A stretch of 64,000 nucleotides of DNA. It comes from Pristiophorus japonicus. Its lineage: Eukaryota. The notes beneath the pieces were generated by a model, which was given only the letters and a program-made list of their open reading frames with translations, did no database searches and was not told the DNA's origin. This document shows positions 26,436 through 41,344 of the stretch, one piece after another. The DNA lies in assembly GCF_044704955.1 (NCBI RefSeq), contig NW_027254113.1, forward strand, positions 434,001-498,000, read 5' to 3'. Each line of letters begins with the position of its first letter. Position 1 is the stretch's first letter. The position numbers were made by a program, and so were the translations under genes.

Positions 26436-27981
26436 AACACACACACACACACATAAACACACAAACGGACAGACACATAAACACACATAAACATATACCA
26501 AACACTTTTGTGTTCTCTTTTCAGTTGTTCATTTCACAAGGTGAGAACATATTTTCCGGTCGATATTAGGACACTGTGGCCGCCCATCCGGCGGTGCTCT
26601 GAGATCACGGTTCCAGGCTCTGTCCTACATAATCAGTGGGTCACGTCAAATACTGGATGAAAAACAATCCTTAACGTTAAAGAACTTGGAGAAATAGGCA
26701 CAGGACAACACAAGTGTGAATTAGTAACCTCAAGCCCACAGATTTTGCCAGTAGTTCAAAGTGCAGTGAATTGCTCACCTTCCGTCCTGTCCCTCAATCC
26801 CAGTCCATTACTGGAAGATTGTTACAAGATTCACTCATCCTTTCAACACAATTATTACCGTCATAATAACAGATCAATTAGAGATTGCACACACGTGCTG
26901 ATAGCTGTTAACAAATCTAAGCATATACTTCCAAACAAAAAAGTATTGCATCCTCACACCCACACATATATACATCTTTATTTATATTAATATCTGTCAA
27001 TCCCTCTTTATATCTCCTGCCTATGTAACAGACGCATGTGCAAGTGCTGAAATAACTGAGCAGGGTCGATAGTATAAGAAATACAGACAGCGTCCTGCGC
27101 ACTAATAGTTTAGACAAGATCTAATGTAATATGAAGAGAGACAGGCATTTATTATAATATATTTCAGCCATGGTCTATGGCAGGAATAACTGATGCAGTG
27201 CCTAGTGTAATATAAACAGAGACATGGTCGAGTTTAATATAAACTGAGACGGAGGTAGGGATGGGTGCACGGAGTGAGCGATTGATGGAGGGAGCGATGG
27301 AGGAATGGAGGAGTGGAGCAAGGGAGGTGTAGTGTATTGGACGGGTGGAGTGCGGAAAGAGGGAGGGAGAGGTGTGTCCAAGGAGGGAGCGATTGATGGA
27401 GGCAGGTATGGAGGGCGAGGGGGATAGAGAAATGGAGTGATGAAGGAATGGAGAGAAGTAGAGGCGGGTGGTCAGAGGGAATGATGAATTATCTCCCAAT
27501 TTACCCGATCAAAACTTTTCCTGATTTTGAATACCTCTATTAACTGGCCCATAACTTGCTCGGTTCTGAGGAGAACAGTCCAAGCTTCCAGCTGCTCTGA
27601 TGGTGCAGCTCACACAATATAAATCTCTTAAGTCTGTGAGTCGTTCTGCCTGGGGCACTTCGAGATGTTCCCTGTGGAATCACTGACACTTTTATATGAA
27701 CCCAGTGAAAATCACAGTGTGGTAATGATATCTCAGGCAAGATGAGAGAACTCGCTCCTGATGATAAATGGAGCGGTGTAAGACTGGGCTCAGACCCTGG
27801 ACTTCAGACATGATGAGCTGAATGGCAGCATTTTAAAATACAAGCTGTGATATGTTCAAGATTCGGCTCAGTGGGATCACTCTCGCCTCTGATTCAGAAA
27901 GTCACAGATACTAAACCCCGCTCGAGAGAGCTGAGCCGATAATGGAAACCGAAACGCCTGGTCCCAGTACTGTGGCAGTGC

Positions 27982-30842
27982 AGGATGAATAAGGTGGATG
28001 AATTAACTGTGCAAATAGATGTTAACGGATATGATATGATTGTGATTACGGAGACGTGGCTCCAGGATGATCAGGGCTGGGAACTCAACATCCATGGGTA
28101 TTCAACATTCAGGAAGGAAAGAATAAAAGGAAAAGGAGCTGGAGTAGCATTGCTGGTTAAAGAGGAGATTAATGCAATAGTTAGGAAGGACATCAGCTTG
28201 GATGATGTGGAATATATATGGGTAGAGCTGCAGAACATCAAAGGGCAAAAAACGTTAGTGCGAGTTGTGTACAGACCTCCAAACAGTAGCAGTGATGTTG
28301 GGGAACGCATCAAACAGGAAATTAGGGGTGCATGCAATAAAGGTGCAGCATTTATCATGGGTGACTTTAATATGCATATAGAATGGGCTAACCAAACTGG
28401 AAGCAGTACGGTGGAGAAGGATTTCCTGGAGTGCATAATGGATGGTTTTCGAGAGCAATATGTCGAGGAACCAACTAGGGGGGGAGGCCATCTTAGACTG
28501 GGTTTTGTGTAATGAGAGAGGATTAATTAGCAATCTCGTTGTGCGAAGCCCCTTGGGGAAGAGTGACCATAATATGATGGAACTCTACGTTAGGTAGGAG
28601 AATGAAACAATTAATTCAGAGACCATGGTCCAGGACTTAAAGAAGGGTAACTTTGAAGGTATGAGTGTGAATTGGCTAGGATGGATTTGCGAATAATACT
28701 TAAGGGGTAGACTGTGGATGGGCAATGGCAGACATTTAGAGACCGCATGGATGTACTACGACAATTGTACATCCCTGTCTGGTGTAAAAATAAAAAAGGG
28801 AAGGTTGATGAACCGTGGCTATCAGGGAAATCAGGGATAGTATTAAAGCCAAGGAAGTGGCATACAAATTGGCCAGAAATAGCAGTGAACCTGGGGACTG
28901 GGAGAAATTTAGAACTCAGCAGAGGAGGACAAAGAATTTGATTAGGGCAGGGAAAATAGAGTACGAAAGGAAGCTTGCAGGGAACATTATGACGGACTAC
29001 AAAAGTTTCTATAGATATGTAAAGAGAAAAAGATTAGTAAAGACAAACGTAGGTCCCCTGCAGTCAGAATCAGGGGAGGTCATAACGGGGAACAAAGAAA
29101 TGGCAGACCAATTGAATATGTACTTTGGTTCGGTATTCACTAAGGAGGACACAAACAACCTTCCGGATATAAAAGGGGTCAGAGGGTCTAGTAAGAAGGA
29201 GGAAACGAGGGAAATCCTTATTAGTCGGGAAATTGTGTTGGGGAAATTGATGGGATTGAAGGCCGATAAATCCCAGGGCCTGATGGACTGCATCCCAGAG
29301 GACCTACAACGGTGGCCTTGGAAATAGCGGATGCATTGACAGTCATTTACCAACATTCCATAGATTCTGGATCAGTTCCTATCGAGTGGAGTGTAGCCAA
29401 TGTAACCCCACTTTTTAAAAAAGGAGGGAGAGAGAAAACAGGGAATTATAGACCGGTCAGCCTGACCTCAGTAGTGGGTAAAATGATGGAATAAATTATT
29501 AAGGATGTCATAGCAGCGCATGTGGAAATAGGTGACATGTTAGGTCCAAGTTGGCATGGATTTATGAAAGGGAAATCATGCTTGACAAATCTTCTCGAAT
29601 TTTTTGAGGATGTTTCCAGTTGAGTGGACGAGGGAGAACCAGTTGATGTGGTATATTTCGACTTTCAGAAGGCTTTCGACAAGGTCCCACACAAGAGATT
29701 AATGTGCAAAGTTAAAGCACATGGGATTGGGGGTAGTGTGCTGACATGGATTGAGAACTGGTTGTCAGACAGGAAGCAAAGAGTAGGAGTAAATGGGTAC
29801 TTTTCAGAATGTGACTAGTGGGGTACCGCAAGGTTCTGTGCTGGGGTCCAGCTGTTTACATTGTACATTAATGATTTGCACGAGGGGATTAAATGAAGTA
29901 TCTCCAAATTTGCGGATGTCACTAAGTTGGGTGCAGTGTGAGTTGCGAGGAGGATGCTATGAGACTGCAGAGGGACTTGGATAGGTTCGGTGAGTGGGCA
30001 AATACATGGCAGATGAAGTATAATATGGATAAATATGAGGTTATCCACTTTGGTGGTAAAAACAGAGAGACAGACTATTATCTGAATGTTGACAGATTAG
30101 GAAAAGGGGAGGTGTAACGAGACCTGGGTGTCATGGTACATCAGTCATTGAAGGTTGGCATGCAGGTACAGCAGGCGGTTAAGAAAGCAAATGGCATGTT
30201 GGCCTTCATAGCGAGGGGATTTGTGTACTGGGGCAGTTGCTACAGTTGTACAGGGCCTTGGTGAGGCCACACCTGGAGTATTGTGTACAGTTTTGGTCTC
30301 CTAACTTGAGGAAGGACATTCTTGCTATTGAGGGAGTGGAGCGAATGTTCAGCAGACTGATTCCTGGGATGGTGGGACTGACCTATCAAGAAAGAGTGGA
30401 TCAACTGGGCTTGTATTCACTGGAGTTCAGATGAATGAGGGGGGGATCTCATGGAAACTTTTAAAATTCTGATGGGTTTCGACAGGTTAGATGCAGGAAG
30501 AATGTTCCCAATGTTGGAAAAGTCCAGAACCAGGGGTCACAGTCTAAGGATAAGGGGTAAGCCATTTAGGACCGAGATGAGGAGAAACTTCTTCACCCAG
30601 AGAGTGGTCAACCTGTGGAATTCTCTACCACAGAAAGTTGTTGAGGCCAATTCAGTAAATATATTCAAAAAGGAGTTAGATGTAGTCCTTACTATTAGGG
30701 GTATCAAGGGGTATGGCGAGAATGCAGGAATGGGGTACTGTAGTTGCATGTTCAGCCATGAACTCATTGAATGGTGTTGCAGGCTCGAAGGGCGGAATGG
30801 CCTACTCCTGCACCTATTTTCTATGCTTCTATCTTTCTATCT
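27982..30842 (+). mobile_element. CR1-type LINE ORF2, disabled; copy 2
   Basis: Same motifs and shared lesions as copy 1. Confidence 0.95.
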
Positions 30843-30996
30843 TAAATGTTAAAGCTATTAAACGACCTGCAATTGCATTTTGAATGAAGTAAAATGCTGA
30901 AAAATATTGGCTGAAGCTAATCATTTGTCTTTGTGGAGTGCACTTGCAGACATTATGAATGTGTGCAAGTGTTTTGTACACACACACACATATACA

Positions 30997-31034
<38 letters not shown>

Positions 31035-32582
31035 AACACACACACACACACACATAAACACACAAACGGACAGACACACAAACACACATAAACATATACC
31101 AAACACTTTTGTGTTCTCTTTTCAGTTGTTCATTTCACAAGGTGAGAACATATTTTCCGGTCGATATTAGGACACTGTGGCCGCCCATCCGGCGGTGCTC
31201 TGAGATCACGGTTCCAGGCTCTGTCCTACATAATCAGTGGGTCACGTCAAATACTGGATGAAAAACAACCCTTAACGTTAAAGAACTTGGAGAAATAGGC
31301 ACAGGACAACACAAGTGTGAATTAGTAACCTCAAACCCACAGATTTTGCCAGTAGTTCAAAGTGCAGTGAATTGCTCACCTTCCGTCCTGTCCCTCAATC
31401 CCAGTCCATTACTGGAAGATTGTTACAAGATTCACTCATCCTTTCAACACAATTATTACCGTCATAATAAAAGATCAATTAGAGATTGCACACACGTGCT
31501 GATAGCTGTTAACAAATCTAAGCATATACTTCCAAACAAAAAAGTATTGCATCCTCACACCCACACATATATACATCTTTATTTATATTAATATCTGTCA
31601 ATCCCTCTTTATATCTCCTGCCTATGTAACAGACGCATGTGCAAGTGCTGAAATAACTGAGCAGGGTCGATAGTATAAGAAATACAGACAGCGTCCAGCG
31701 CACTAATAGTTTAGACAAGATCAAATGTAATATGAAGAGAGACAGGCATTTATTATAATATATTTCAGCCATGGTCTATGGCAGGAATAACTGATGCAGT
31801 GCCTAGTGTAATATAAACAGAGACATGATCGAGTTTAATATAAACTGAGACGGAGGTAGGGATGGGTGCACGGAGTGAGCGATTGATGGAGGGAGCGATG
31901 GAGGAATGGAGGAGTGGAGCAAGGGAGGTGTAGTGTATTGGATGGGTGGAGTGCGGACGGAGGGAGGGAGAGGTGTGTCCAAGGAGGGAGCGATTGATGG
32001 AGGCAGGTATGGAGGGCGAGGGGGATAGAGAAATGGAGTGATGAAGGAATGGAGAGAAGGAGAGGCGGGTGGTCAGAGGGAATGATGAATTATCTCCCAA
32101 TTTACCCGATCAAAACTTTTCCTGATTTTGAATACCTCTATTAAATGGCCCATAACTTGCTCGGCTCTGAGGAGAACAGTCCCAGCTTCCAGCTGCTCTG
32201 ATGGTGCAGCTCACACAATATAAATCTCTTAAGTCTGTGAGGCGTTCTGCCTGGGGCACTTCGAGATGTTCCCTGTGGAATCACTGACACTTTTATATGA
32301 ACCCAGTGAAAATCACAGTGTGGTAATGATATTTCAGGCAAGGTGAGAGAACTCGCTCTTGATGATAAATGGAGCGGTGTAAGACTGGGCTCAGACCCTG
32401 GACTTCAGACATGATGAGCTGAATGGCAGCATTTTAAAATACAAGCTGTGATATGTTCAAGATTCAGCTCAGTGGGATCACTCTCGCCTCTGATTCAGAA
32501 GGTCACAGATACTAAACCCCGCTCGAGAGAGCTGAGCCGATAATGGAAACCGACACGCCTGGTGCCAGTACTCTGGCAGTGC

Positions 32583-35460
32583 AGGATGAATAAGGTGGAT
32601 GAATTAACTGTGCAAATAGATGTTAACGGATATGATATGATTGTGATTACGGAGACGTGGCTCCAGGATGATCAGGGCTGGGAACTCAACATCCATGGGT
32701 ATTCAACATTCAGGAAGGAAAGAATAAAAGGAAAAGGAGCTGGGGTAGCATTGCTGGTTAAAGAGGAGATTAATGCAATAGTTAGGAAGGACATCAGCTT
32801 GGATGATGTGGAATATATATGGGTAGAGCTGCAGAACATCAAAGGGCAAAAAACGTTAGTGCGAGTTGTGTACAGACCTCCAAACAGTAGCAGTGATGTT
32901 GGGGAACGCATCAAACAGGAAATTAGGGGTGCATGCAATAAAGGTGCAGCATTTATCATGGGTGACTTTAATATGCATATAGATTGGGCTAACCAAACTG
33001 GAAGCAATACGGTGGAGAAGGATTTCCTGGAGTGCATAATGGATGGTTTTCGAGAGCAATATGTCGAGGAACCAACTAGGGGGGGAGGCCATCTTAGACT
33101 GGGTCTTATGCAATGAGAGAGGATTAATTAGCAATCTCGTTGTGCGAAGCCCCTTGGGGAAGAGTGACCATAATATGATGGAACTCTACGTTAGGATGGA
33201 GAATGAAACAATTAATTCAGAGACCATGATCCAGGACTTAAAGAAGGGTAACTTTGAAGGTATGAGGGTGAATTGGCTAGGATGGATTTGCGAATAATAC
33301 TTAAGGGGTAGACTGTGGATGGGCAATGGCAGACATTTAGAGACCGCATGGATGAACTACGACAATTGTACATCCCTGTCTGGTGTAAAAATAAAAAAGG
33401 GAAGGTTGATGAACCGTGGCTATCAGGGAAATCAGGGATAGTATTAAAGCCAAGGAAGTGGCATACAAATTGGCCAGAAATAGCAGTGAACCTGGGGACT
33501 GGGAGAAATTTTGAACTCAGCAGAGGAGGACAAAGGATTTGATTAGGGCAGGGAAAATAGAGTACGAAAGGAAGCTTGCAGTGAACATTATGACGGACTA
33601 CAAAAGTTTCTATAGATATGTAAAGAGAAAAAGATTAGTAAAGACAAACGTAGGTCCCCTGCAGTCAGAATCAGGGGAGGTCATAACGGGGAACAAAGAA
33701 ATGGCAGACCAATTGAATATGTACTTTGGTTCGGTATTCACTAAGGAAGACACAAACAACCTTCCGGATATAAAAGGGGTCAGAGGGTCCAGTAAGAAGG
33801 AGGAAACGAGGGAAATCCTTATTAGTCGGGAAATTGTGTTGGGGAAATTGATGGGATTGGAGGCCGATAAATCCCAGGGCCTGATGGACTGCATCCCAGA
33901 GGACCTACGACGGTGGCCTTGGAAATAGCGGATGCATTGACAGTCATTTACCAACATTCCATAGAGTCTGGATCAGTTCCTATCGAGTGGAGTGTAGCCA
34001 ATGTAACCCCACTTTTTAAAAAAGGAGGGAGAGAGAAAACAGGGAATTATAGATCGGTCAGCCTGACCTCAGTAGTGGGTAAAATGATGGAATAAATTAT
34101 TAAGGATGTCATAGCAGCGCATGTGGAAATAGGTGATATGATAGGTCCAAGTTGGCATGGATTTATGAAAGGGAAATCATGCTTGACAAATCTTCTCGAA
34201 TTTTTTGAGGATGTTTCCAGTAGAGTGGACGAGGGAGAACCAGTTGATGTGGTATATTTCGACTTTCAGAAGGCTTTCGACAAGGTCCCACACAAGAGAT
34301 TAATGTGCAAAGTTAAAGCACATGGTATTGGGGGTAGTGTGCTGACATGGATTCAGAACTGGTTGTCAGACAGGAAGCAAAGAGTAGGAGTAAATGGGTA
34401 CTTTTCGGAATGGCAGGCAGTGACTAGTGGGGTACCGAAAGGTTCTGTGCTGGGGTCCCAGCTGTTTACATTGTACATTAATGATTTGGACGAGGGGATT
34501 AAATGAAGTATCTCCAAATTTGCGGATGTCACTAAGTTGGGTGGCAGTGTGAGTTGCGAGGAGGATGCCATGAGACTGCAGAGGGACTTGGATAGGTTAG
34601 GTGAGTGGGCAAATACATGGCAGATGAAGTATAATATGGATAAATGTGAGGTTATCCACTTTGGTGGTAAAAACAGAGAGACAGACTATTATCTGAATGT
34701 TGACAGATTAGGAAAAGGGGAGGTGTAACGAGACCTGGGTGTCATGGTACATCAGTCATTGAAGGTTGGCATGCAGGTACAGCAGGCGGTTAAGAAAGCA
34801 AATGGCATGTTGGCCTTCATAGCGAGGGGATTTGAGTACTGGGGCAGTTGCTACATTTGTACAGGGCCTTGGTGAGGCCACACCTCGAGTATTGTGTACA
34901 GTTTTGGTCTCCTAACTTGAGGAAGGACATTCTTGCTATTGAGGGAGTGGAGCGAATGTTCACCAGACTGATTCCTGGGATGGTGGGACTGACCTATCAA
35001 GAAAGAGTGGATCAACTGGGCTTGTATTCACTGGAGTTCAGATGAATGAGGGGGGGATCTCAGGGAAACTTTTAAAATTCTGATGGGTTTCGACAGGTTA
35101 GATGCAGGAAGAATGTTCCCAATGTTGGAAAAGTCCAGAACTAGAGGTCACAGTCTAAGGATAAGGGGTAAGCCATTTAGGACCGAGATGAGGAGAAACT
35201 TCTTCACCCAGAGAGTGGTCAACCTGTGGAATTCTCTACCACAGAAAGTTGTTGAGGCCAATTCAGTAAATATATTCAAAAAGGAGTTAGATGTAGTCCT
35301 TACTATTAGGGGTATCAAGGGGTATGGCGAGAAAGCAGGAATGGGGTACTGTAGTTGCATGTTCAGCCATGAACTCATTGAATGGTGTTGCAGTCTCGAA
35401 GGGCCGAATGGCCTACTCCTGCACCTATTTTCTATGCTTTTATCTTTCTATCTTTCTATG
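32583..35460 (+). mobile_element. CR1-type LINE ORF2, disabled; copy 3
   Basis: Same motifs and lesions; followed by the remainder of the interrupted SINE (about 35460-35790). Confidence 0.95.
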
Positions 35461-38400
35461 CTGCACGATTAGAGGTGCTGTCTTTTGGGGCAGACATTAA
35501 ACTGAGGCCCCGTTTTACCACTCAGGTGGATTTAAAGGATTCATGGCACTATCTTAAAGAGCAGAGGAGTTCTCCAGAGTTTCCAAGGGAAACATGTATC
35601 CATCAACCAACATCTGAAAAATTGATTATCTGATCATTATTTCATTGCTGTTTATGGGATCTTGCTGTGCACAAATTGGCTGCCACGTTTCCTAAATTAC
35701 AACCGTGACCTCATTTCCGAAATAATTCATTGGCTTTTAAGGACTTTGGGACAACTTGAGGTCATGAAAGGTGCTATACAAATGCAAGGTGTTTCGAAAT
35801 GTCAACATTGGAAAATACAATTTGTGATATGTGAAAAACTCAGATATTACTCTGATTGTCTGACACTCCTCTGCTCACTGGTTTAACGTATTAAGTTTCA
35901 ATGGATTAAATATTCCACTAAATGGAGATCCAGTGGAATAGCCGCCTGTTCAGAGATGTTACACTGAGTATGGCAGCAGAACTTTCAGAACTGAATTATT
36001 CATTTTAAAATTTATTCCGTTAGATATAAATCACACCTGTTCTAATTGAACAAAAACTGAAGCCAAAGTCACTGTTCGAGATATGTATATATCTGTGTAC
36101 CAACTGTCAATATTCTTAAAATAAGCCCTTGTTGTGAGTTGAAAAGAATCAATAAGTGAGTCTATTTATCTTATTTTGCTGCCATGAACATTTCATGGGA
36201 ACCAGTAAGACGTTTATGTAAATAAGGACGGAAATAGCAGTCTCAGATTAGAGTATTGAGCGACAGAAAGACAATAAATGATTCCCAACCAACACAGCAC
36301 AGAAATAAAGATAGAGAAAAATGCAAATCTCTCAACAGATTCCAGCAACAATTGTTTTTTGGTACATTTCTCTAAATTATAGGAGAATAAGGTAAAGATG
36401 ATCCCCACGGACAGAATGGGGAAGATTCTAATCACCGTACATAGTGGCATCACAAATGTGACAGTGGAGATTTCCCGTATCCTCTCTCTCTCCTATTTCC
36501 ACTTTCCGTCTTGTCTCTCAAGAATGGATAATTGGCTTTCCCGCACAACTTGATGTCAACATCTAACAAACCTTTTTCTTGAACCCTAATGATATGCCTC
36601 GAACCAAATTGATCAGAAGGCGCAGAGGGAGCTTTAATCCAAAATGTGATATGTGCATTTAATGATCTGGCAGTTTTTGATGGGACTATGTAGAGGGATC
36701 TTTACACTGTATCTAACCCGTGCTCTACCAACTCTGGGCGTGTTTAATGGGACTGTGTAGAGACAGCTTTACTCTGTACCTAACCCGTGCTGTACCTGCC
36801 CTGGGACTTATTGATGGAATGCTGTAGAGGGAGCATTACTCTGTATCTGACACATGCTGTACCTGCCCTGTGATTGACATAGATTAGTGCAGTAATATCT
36901 TAGACAGGGTCTAGTCTAATATAAACAGAGGCATGGTCTAGTTTATTAATATGAAAGAATGGAGCTAGTGTAATGTAAAGAGTGTCATTGTCTAATTTAC
37001 TGCAAGCAGAGACAGGGTCTTCAGTTAGGAACAATGGCATGGCATACTCCAGTAATATCTGAAACAAGGCCTAGTATAATATTAGTGTTTCTAGTGCAGT
37101 AATAACGGAGGTATTGGCTCGTGCAGTAATTACTGATACTGGGACATAGTTTATTGGTTCCTGGCATGTGGGTGTGTGTGTCGCTGGCAAGGCCAACATT
37201 GATTTTCTTCCCTAATTTGCCTTGAAAAGCATGTGGTGAGTTGCCACCTTGAACCGCTGCAGCCCGTGTGGCGAAGGTACACCCACAGTGTACGGGGGGC
37301 TGTTCCACGAATTTTACCCAGCGATTATGAAGGATCGGCAATAACTTCCAAGTTAAGATAGTGTGTGATTTGGAGGGTTATGTGGAGGTGATGGTGCTCC
37401 CATGAGCCCGTTGCCCTTGTCCATCCAGGTGGAAGAGGTCGTAGGTTTGGAAAGTGCTGTCGAATAAGTCTTGACGAGTTGTTGCAATGCATCTTGTAGA
37501 TAATACTCACTGCAGACAAAGTGCGCCGGTGGTGGAGGTAGTGAATATTTAATGTGGTGGATGGGGTAATACAAACAGCAACAGGGTCTAGTATAGTAAT
37601 AACTGAGACAGGTTCTTGTATATTATAGAATCATAGAATGGTTACAGCACAGAAGAGGGCCATTTGGTGCATATAGCCCGTGCCGCTCTCTGCAAGAGTA
37701 TTTCAGCTAGTCCACTCCCCCGCCCTTTCCCATAGCCCTGTGAATTTTATTCATTGAGGTACTTATCTAATTCCCTTTGTCATGCAATGATTGACTCCGC
37801 CTCCACCGCCCTTTCAGGTAGTGCATTCCAGATCCGAACCACTAGCTGTGTAAAAACGTTTTCCTCATGTCGCCTTTGGTTCTTCTGCCAATCACCTTAA
37901 ATCTGTGTCCTCTGTATTCGACCCTTACGGCAATGGGAACAGTTTCTCTCCAGCTATTCTGTCTACACCCCTTATGATTCTGAACACCTCTCTCAAATCG
38001 GATCTCAACCTTCTCTGCTCCACGGAGAACAATCCCAGCTTCTCCAGTCTATCCACAAAACTGATGCGTCTAATCCCCGGAACAACACGTAAATCTTTTC
38101 TGCCCCCTCTCTAAGACCATCACATCCTTCCTAAAGTGCAGTGCCCAGAATTGGACACAATACTCCAGTTGAGGCCTAACCAGTGTTTTATACACGTTCA
38201 TCATAATTTCCTTGCTTTTGTATTCTAGGCCTCTATTTATGAAGCCCAGGATTCCGCATGCTTTATAAAACACTTTCTCAACCTGTCCTGCCATCTTCGA
38301 TAATTTGTGCAAACATACCCCCAGGTTTCTCTGTTCATCACGCCTTTTAGAAATGTACCCTTTCATTTATTTTCCCTCTCCGCGTTCTTCCTACAAAAAT

Positions 38401-39299
38401 GTATCACTTCAATATGTTCTCCGTTTCATTTGCCACGTGTCCACACATTCCACCAGCATAGTTATGTCCTCTTGCAGTCAGCACTATCCTCCTCACTGTT
38501 CACTATGCCTCCAAGCTTTGAATGATATGAACATTTTGAAAGTGTGTCCCGTACACCAAAATCTTCGTCATGAATATAAATCAAGATAAGCAGAGTTCCC
38601 ATTACCAAAGACAGCGGAACACCACTGTATACCTTCCTACAGTCTAAATAAGAACACTACTCTCTGATTCCTGTCACTCAGCCAATTTCATATCCATGCT
38701 GCCACTGTTCTTTTTATTTTATGGGCTTCAACTTTGCCAGCAAGGATATTATCAAGACACATCAACCATATAAACTGAGATTGTGTTTAGTGCAGTAAAA
38801 ACTGCGACGGGGTCTGGTGTAACGAGAGAATCAACACATCAGACAATTACAAATGTATTAACCTCATGCCAGGTACAGGTGCATTTTCATTTTTACGAAC
38901 ACTTACACTAATCATCCACAGTGGAGGTAAATCTCAGGAACTTCTGTGTGACGGTGAGGTGATCACTAGATAATAAAGCGGGGGGCTGCTCATTATCCTC
39001 AATGGGATTTAATCCCCTTTCCCACTGAATACAGCGACAGATATGATCACCTTGGTAACGGAATGGTCAGTGCGACATCACTTACTAAACAAGAGCATAC
39101 AGGACAATGGGTTATCAATAAATGTTAAAGTTATTAAACGACATGGAATTGCATTTTGAATATAATAAAATGCTGAAAAATAATGGTTGAAGCAAACCAT
39201 TTATCTTTGTGGAATGCACACATAATGAATGATGTGTTTTGTGCACACACACGTGCACATACACATACACATATAGCAAAAACTTTGTGTGTGCTCTTT

Positions 39300-39608
39300 T
39301 CAGCTGTTCATCTTAACGAGATGAGATAATTTTTTCAGGTGGATATTAGGACCACGCGGCCGCCCATCCGGCGGTGCTGTGAGGTCAAGTTGCCAGGCTC
39401 TGCCTGACATAATCATTGGGTCACGTGACAGCGAACTAGCACGTACTGCAGGAAAAACAATCCTTAACATTAAAGAACTCGGAGGAATTGGCACAGGACA
39501 ACACACGTGCGAATGAGTAACCTTTAACACACATATTGCCACTAAGTAGTACAAAGTGCAGTGTACTATTCCTCACCTTCACTCCTGTTCCTTAATCCCA
39601 GTCAATCT
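39300..39608 (-). pseudogene. Paralog of the candidate two-exon module (39577-39608 and 39300-39445), with an in-frame stop in the small exon
   Basis: Splice dinucleotides conserved; D*LGLRNRSE-VRASSLSRDPMIMSGRAWQLDLTAPPDGRPRGPNIHLKKLSHLVKMNS*. Confidence 0.4.
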
Positions 39609-39754
39609 CTTGGAGATTGTTACAAAAGTCACCACATCTTATCAACACAAATATTAACGAAACAATACCAAATCAAGCAGAAATTTCAGATAGCTCTTGC
39701 TAGATGTTAACAAAACAAACATATACTTCAAACCAAAAACGTATTGAATCCTCA

Positions 39755-41335
39755 CAGAGTCTAGTGTAATATAACATAGGCAGGGTCTAGTGCAATATAA
39801 AGAGAGACAAGGTATAGTATAATATAAGCAGGGACAGAGCCTAGTGTAATGTAAACAGCAGCAGGGTCTCGTGTAATATAAACAGGGACAGGGCCTTGTG
39901 TAGTTTAAACAGAGACAGTGTCTAGTGTAATATAAACAAAGACAGGGTCTAGTGTAATACGAAAATAGACAAGGTGTAGTGTAATATAAAGAAAGACAGG
40001 CCTAACATAACATAAACAGGGACAGGGTCTAGTGTAAAATAAACTGAGACAGGGTCTACTGTAAAATAAACTGAGACAGGGACTATTGTATTATAAACTG
40101 AGGCAGGGTCTAGTGTAATGTAAACAGAGACACGGTCTAGTGTAATATAAACAGCAACAGGGCCTAGTGTAATAAAAACAGAGACAGCGTCTAGTCTAAT
40201 ATAAACAGGGACATAATCTAGTGTAATATAAACAGAGACAGGGTCTAGTGTAATATAAACAGAGACAGGGTCTAGTGTAATATAAACAGGGATATAATCT
40301 AGTGTAATATAAACAGAGACACGGTCTAGTGTAATATAAACATGGACAGGGTCTAGTGTAATATAAACAGAGACACGGTCCAGGGTAAAATAAACAGGGA
40401 CATAATCTAGTGAAATATAAAGAGAGACAGGGTCTAGTGTAATATAAACAGAGACGTGGTCTAGTGTAATATAAACATGGACAGGGTCTAGTGTAATATA
40501 ATCAGAGACAGGGTCTAGTGTAATATAAAAAGAGACAGGGTCTACTGTAATATAAACAGAGACACGGTCTAGTGTAATATAAACATGGACAGGGTCTAGT
40601 GTAATATAAACAGAGACAGGGTCCAGGGTAAAATAAACAGGGACATAATCTAGTGAAATATAAACATGGACAGGGTCTAGTGTAATATAATCAGAGACAG
40701 GGTCTAGTGTGATATAAACAGAGACACGGTCTAGTGTAATATAAACATGGACAGGGTCTAGTGTAATATAATCAGAGACAGGGTCTAGTGTAATATAAAC
40801 AGAGACAGGGTCTAGTGTAATATAAACAGAGACACGGTCTAGTGTAGTATAAACATGGACAGGGTCTAGTGTAATATAAACAGAGACATGGTCCAGGGTA
40901 AAATAAACAGGGACATAATCTAGTGAAATATAAACAGAGACAGGGTCCAGGGTAATATAAACATGGACAGGGTCTAGTGTAATATAATCAGAGACAGGGT
41001 CTAGTGTAATATAAAAAGAGACAGGGCCTAGTTTAATATAAACAGAGACAGGGCCTCGTGTAATATAAACAGCGACAGAGTCTAGCGTAATATAAACAGA
41101 GACATGTCCTCGTGTAGTAGAAACAGAGACAGCGGCTAGTGTAATGTAAACAGAGACAGGGCCTAGTGCAATATAAACACAGACAGTGTCTAGTGTAATA
41201 TAAACAGAGAGAGGGTCGAGTTTATTATAAACAGAGATGGCCTAACGTAATAAATTCAGGGACAAGGTCTAGTATAATTTAAAGAGAGACAGGACCTTGT
41301 GTAATATAAACAAAGACACGGTATAGTGTAATAAA
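39755..41335. repeat. Long 27-bp minisatellite array
   Basis: Dozens of aaacagagacagggtctagtgtaatat units with recurring variants; further arrays at about 41635-41900, 42590-43175, 45420-46328. Confidence 0.97.
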
Positions 41336-41344
41336 AATAAGCAC

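Larger units (their letters stand above)
21634..35453. repeat. Tandem triplication of a 4.6-kb segment (copies start at 21634, 26244, 30843)
   Basis: Near-identical sequence and ORF pattern at periods of 4610 and 4599 nt. Confidence 0.97.

Noticed and set aside
23373-35460. Three near-identical LINE ORF2 copies as active retrotransposons
   Set aside because: Shared stops, frameshifts and a mutated RT catalytic motif; they were copied by segmental duplication.
39755-41335. Regular short repeats as a CRISPR-like array
   Set aside because: Head-to-tail monomers without unique spacers, in vertebrate DNA.
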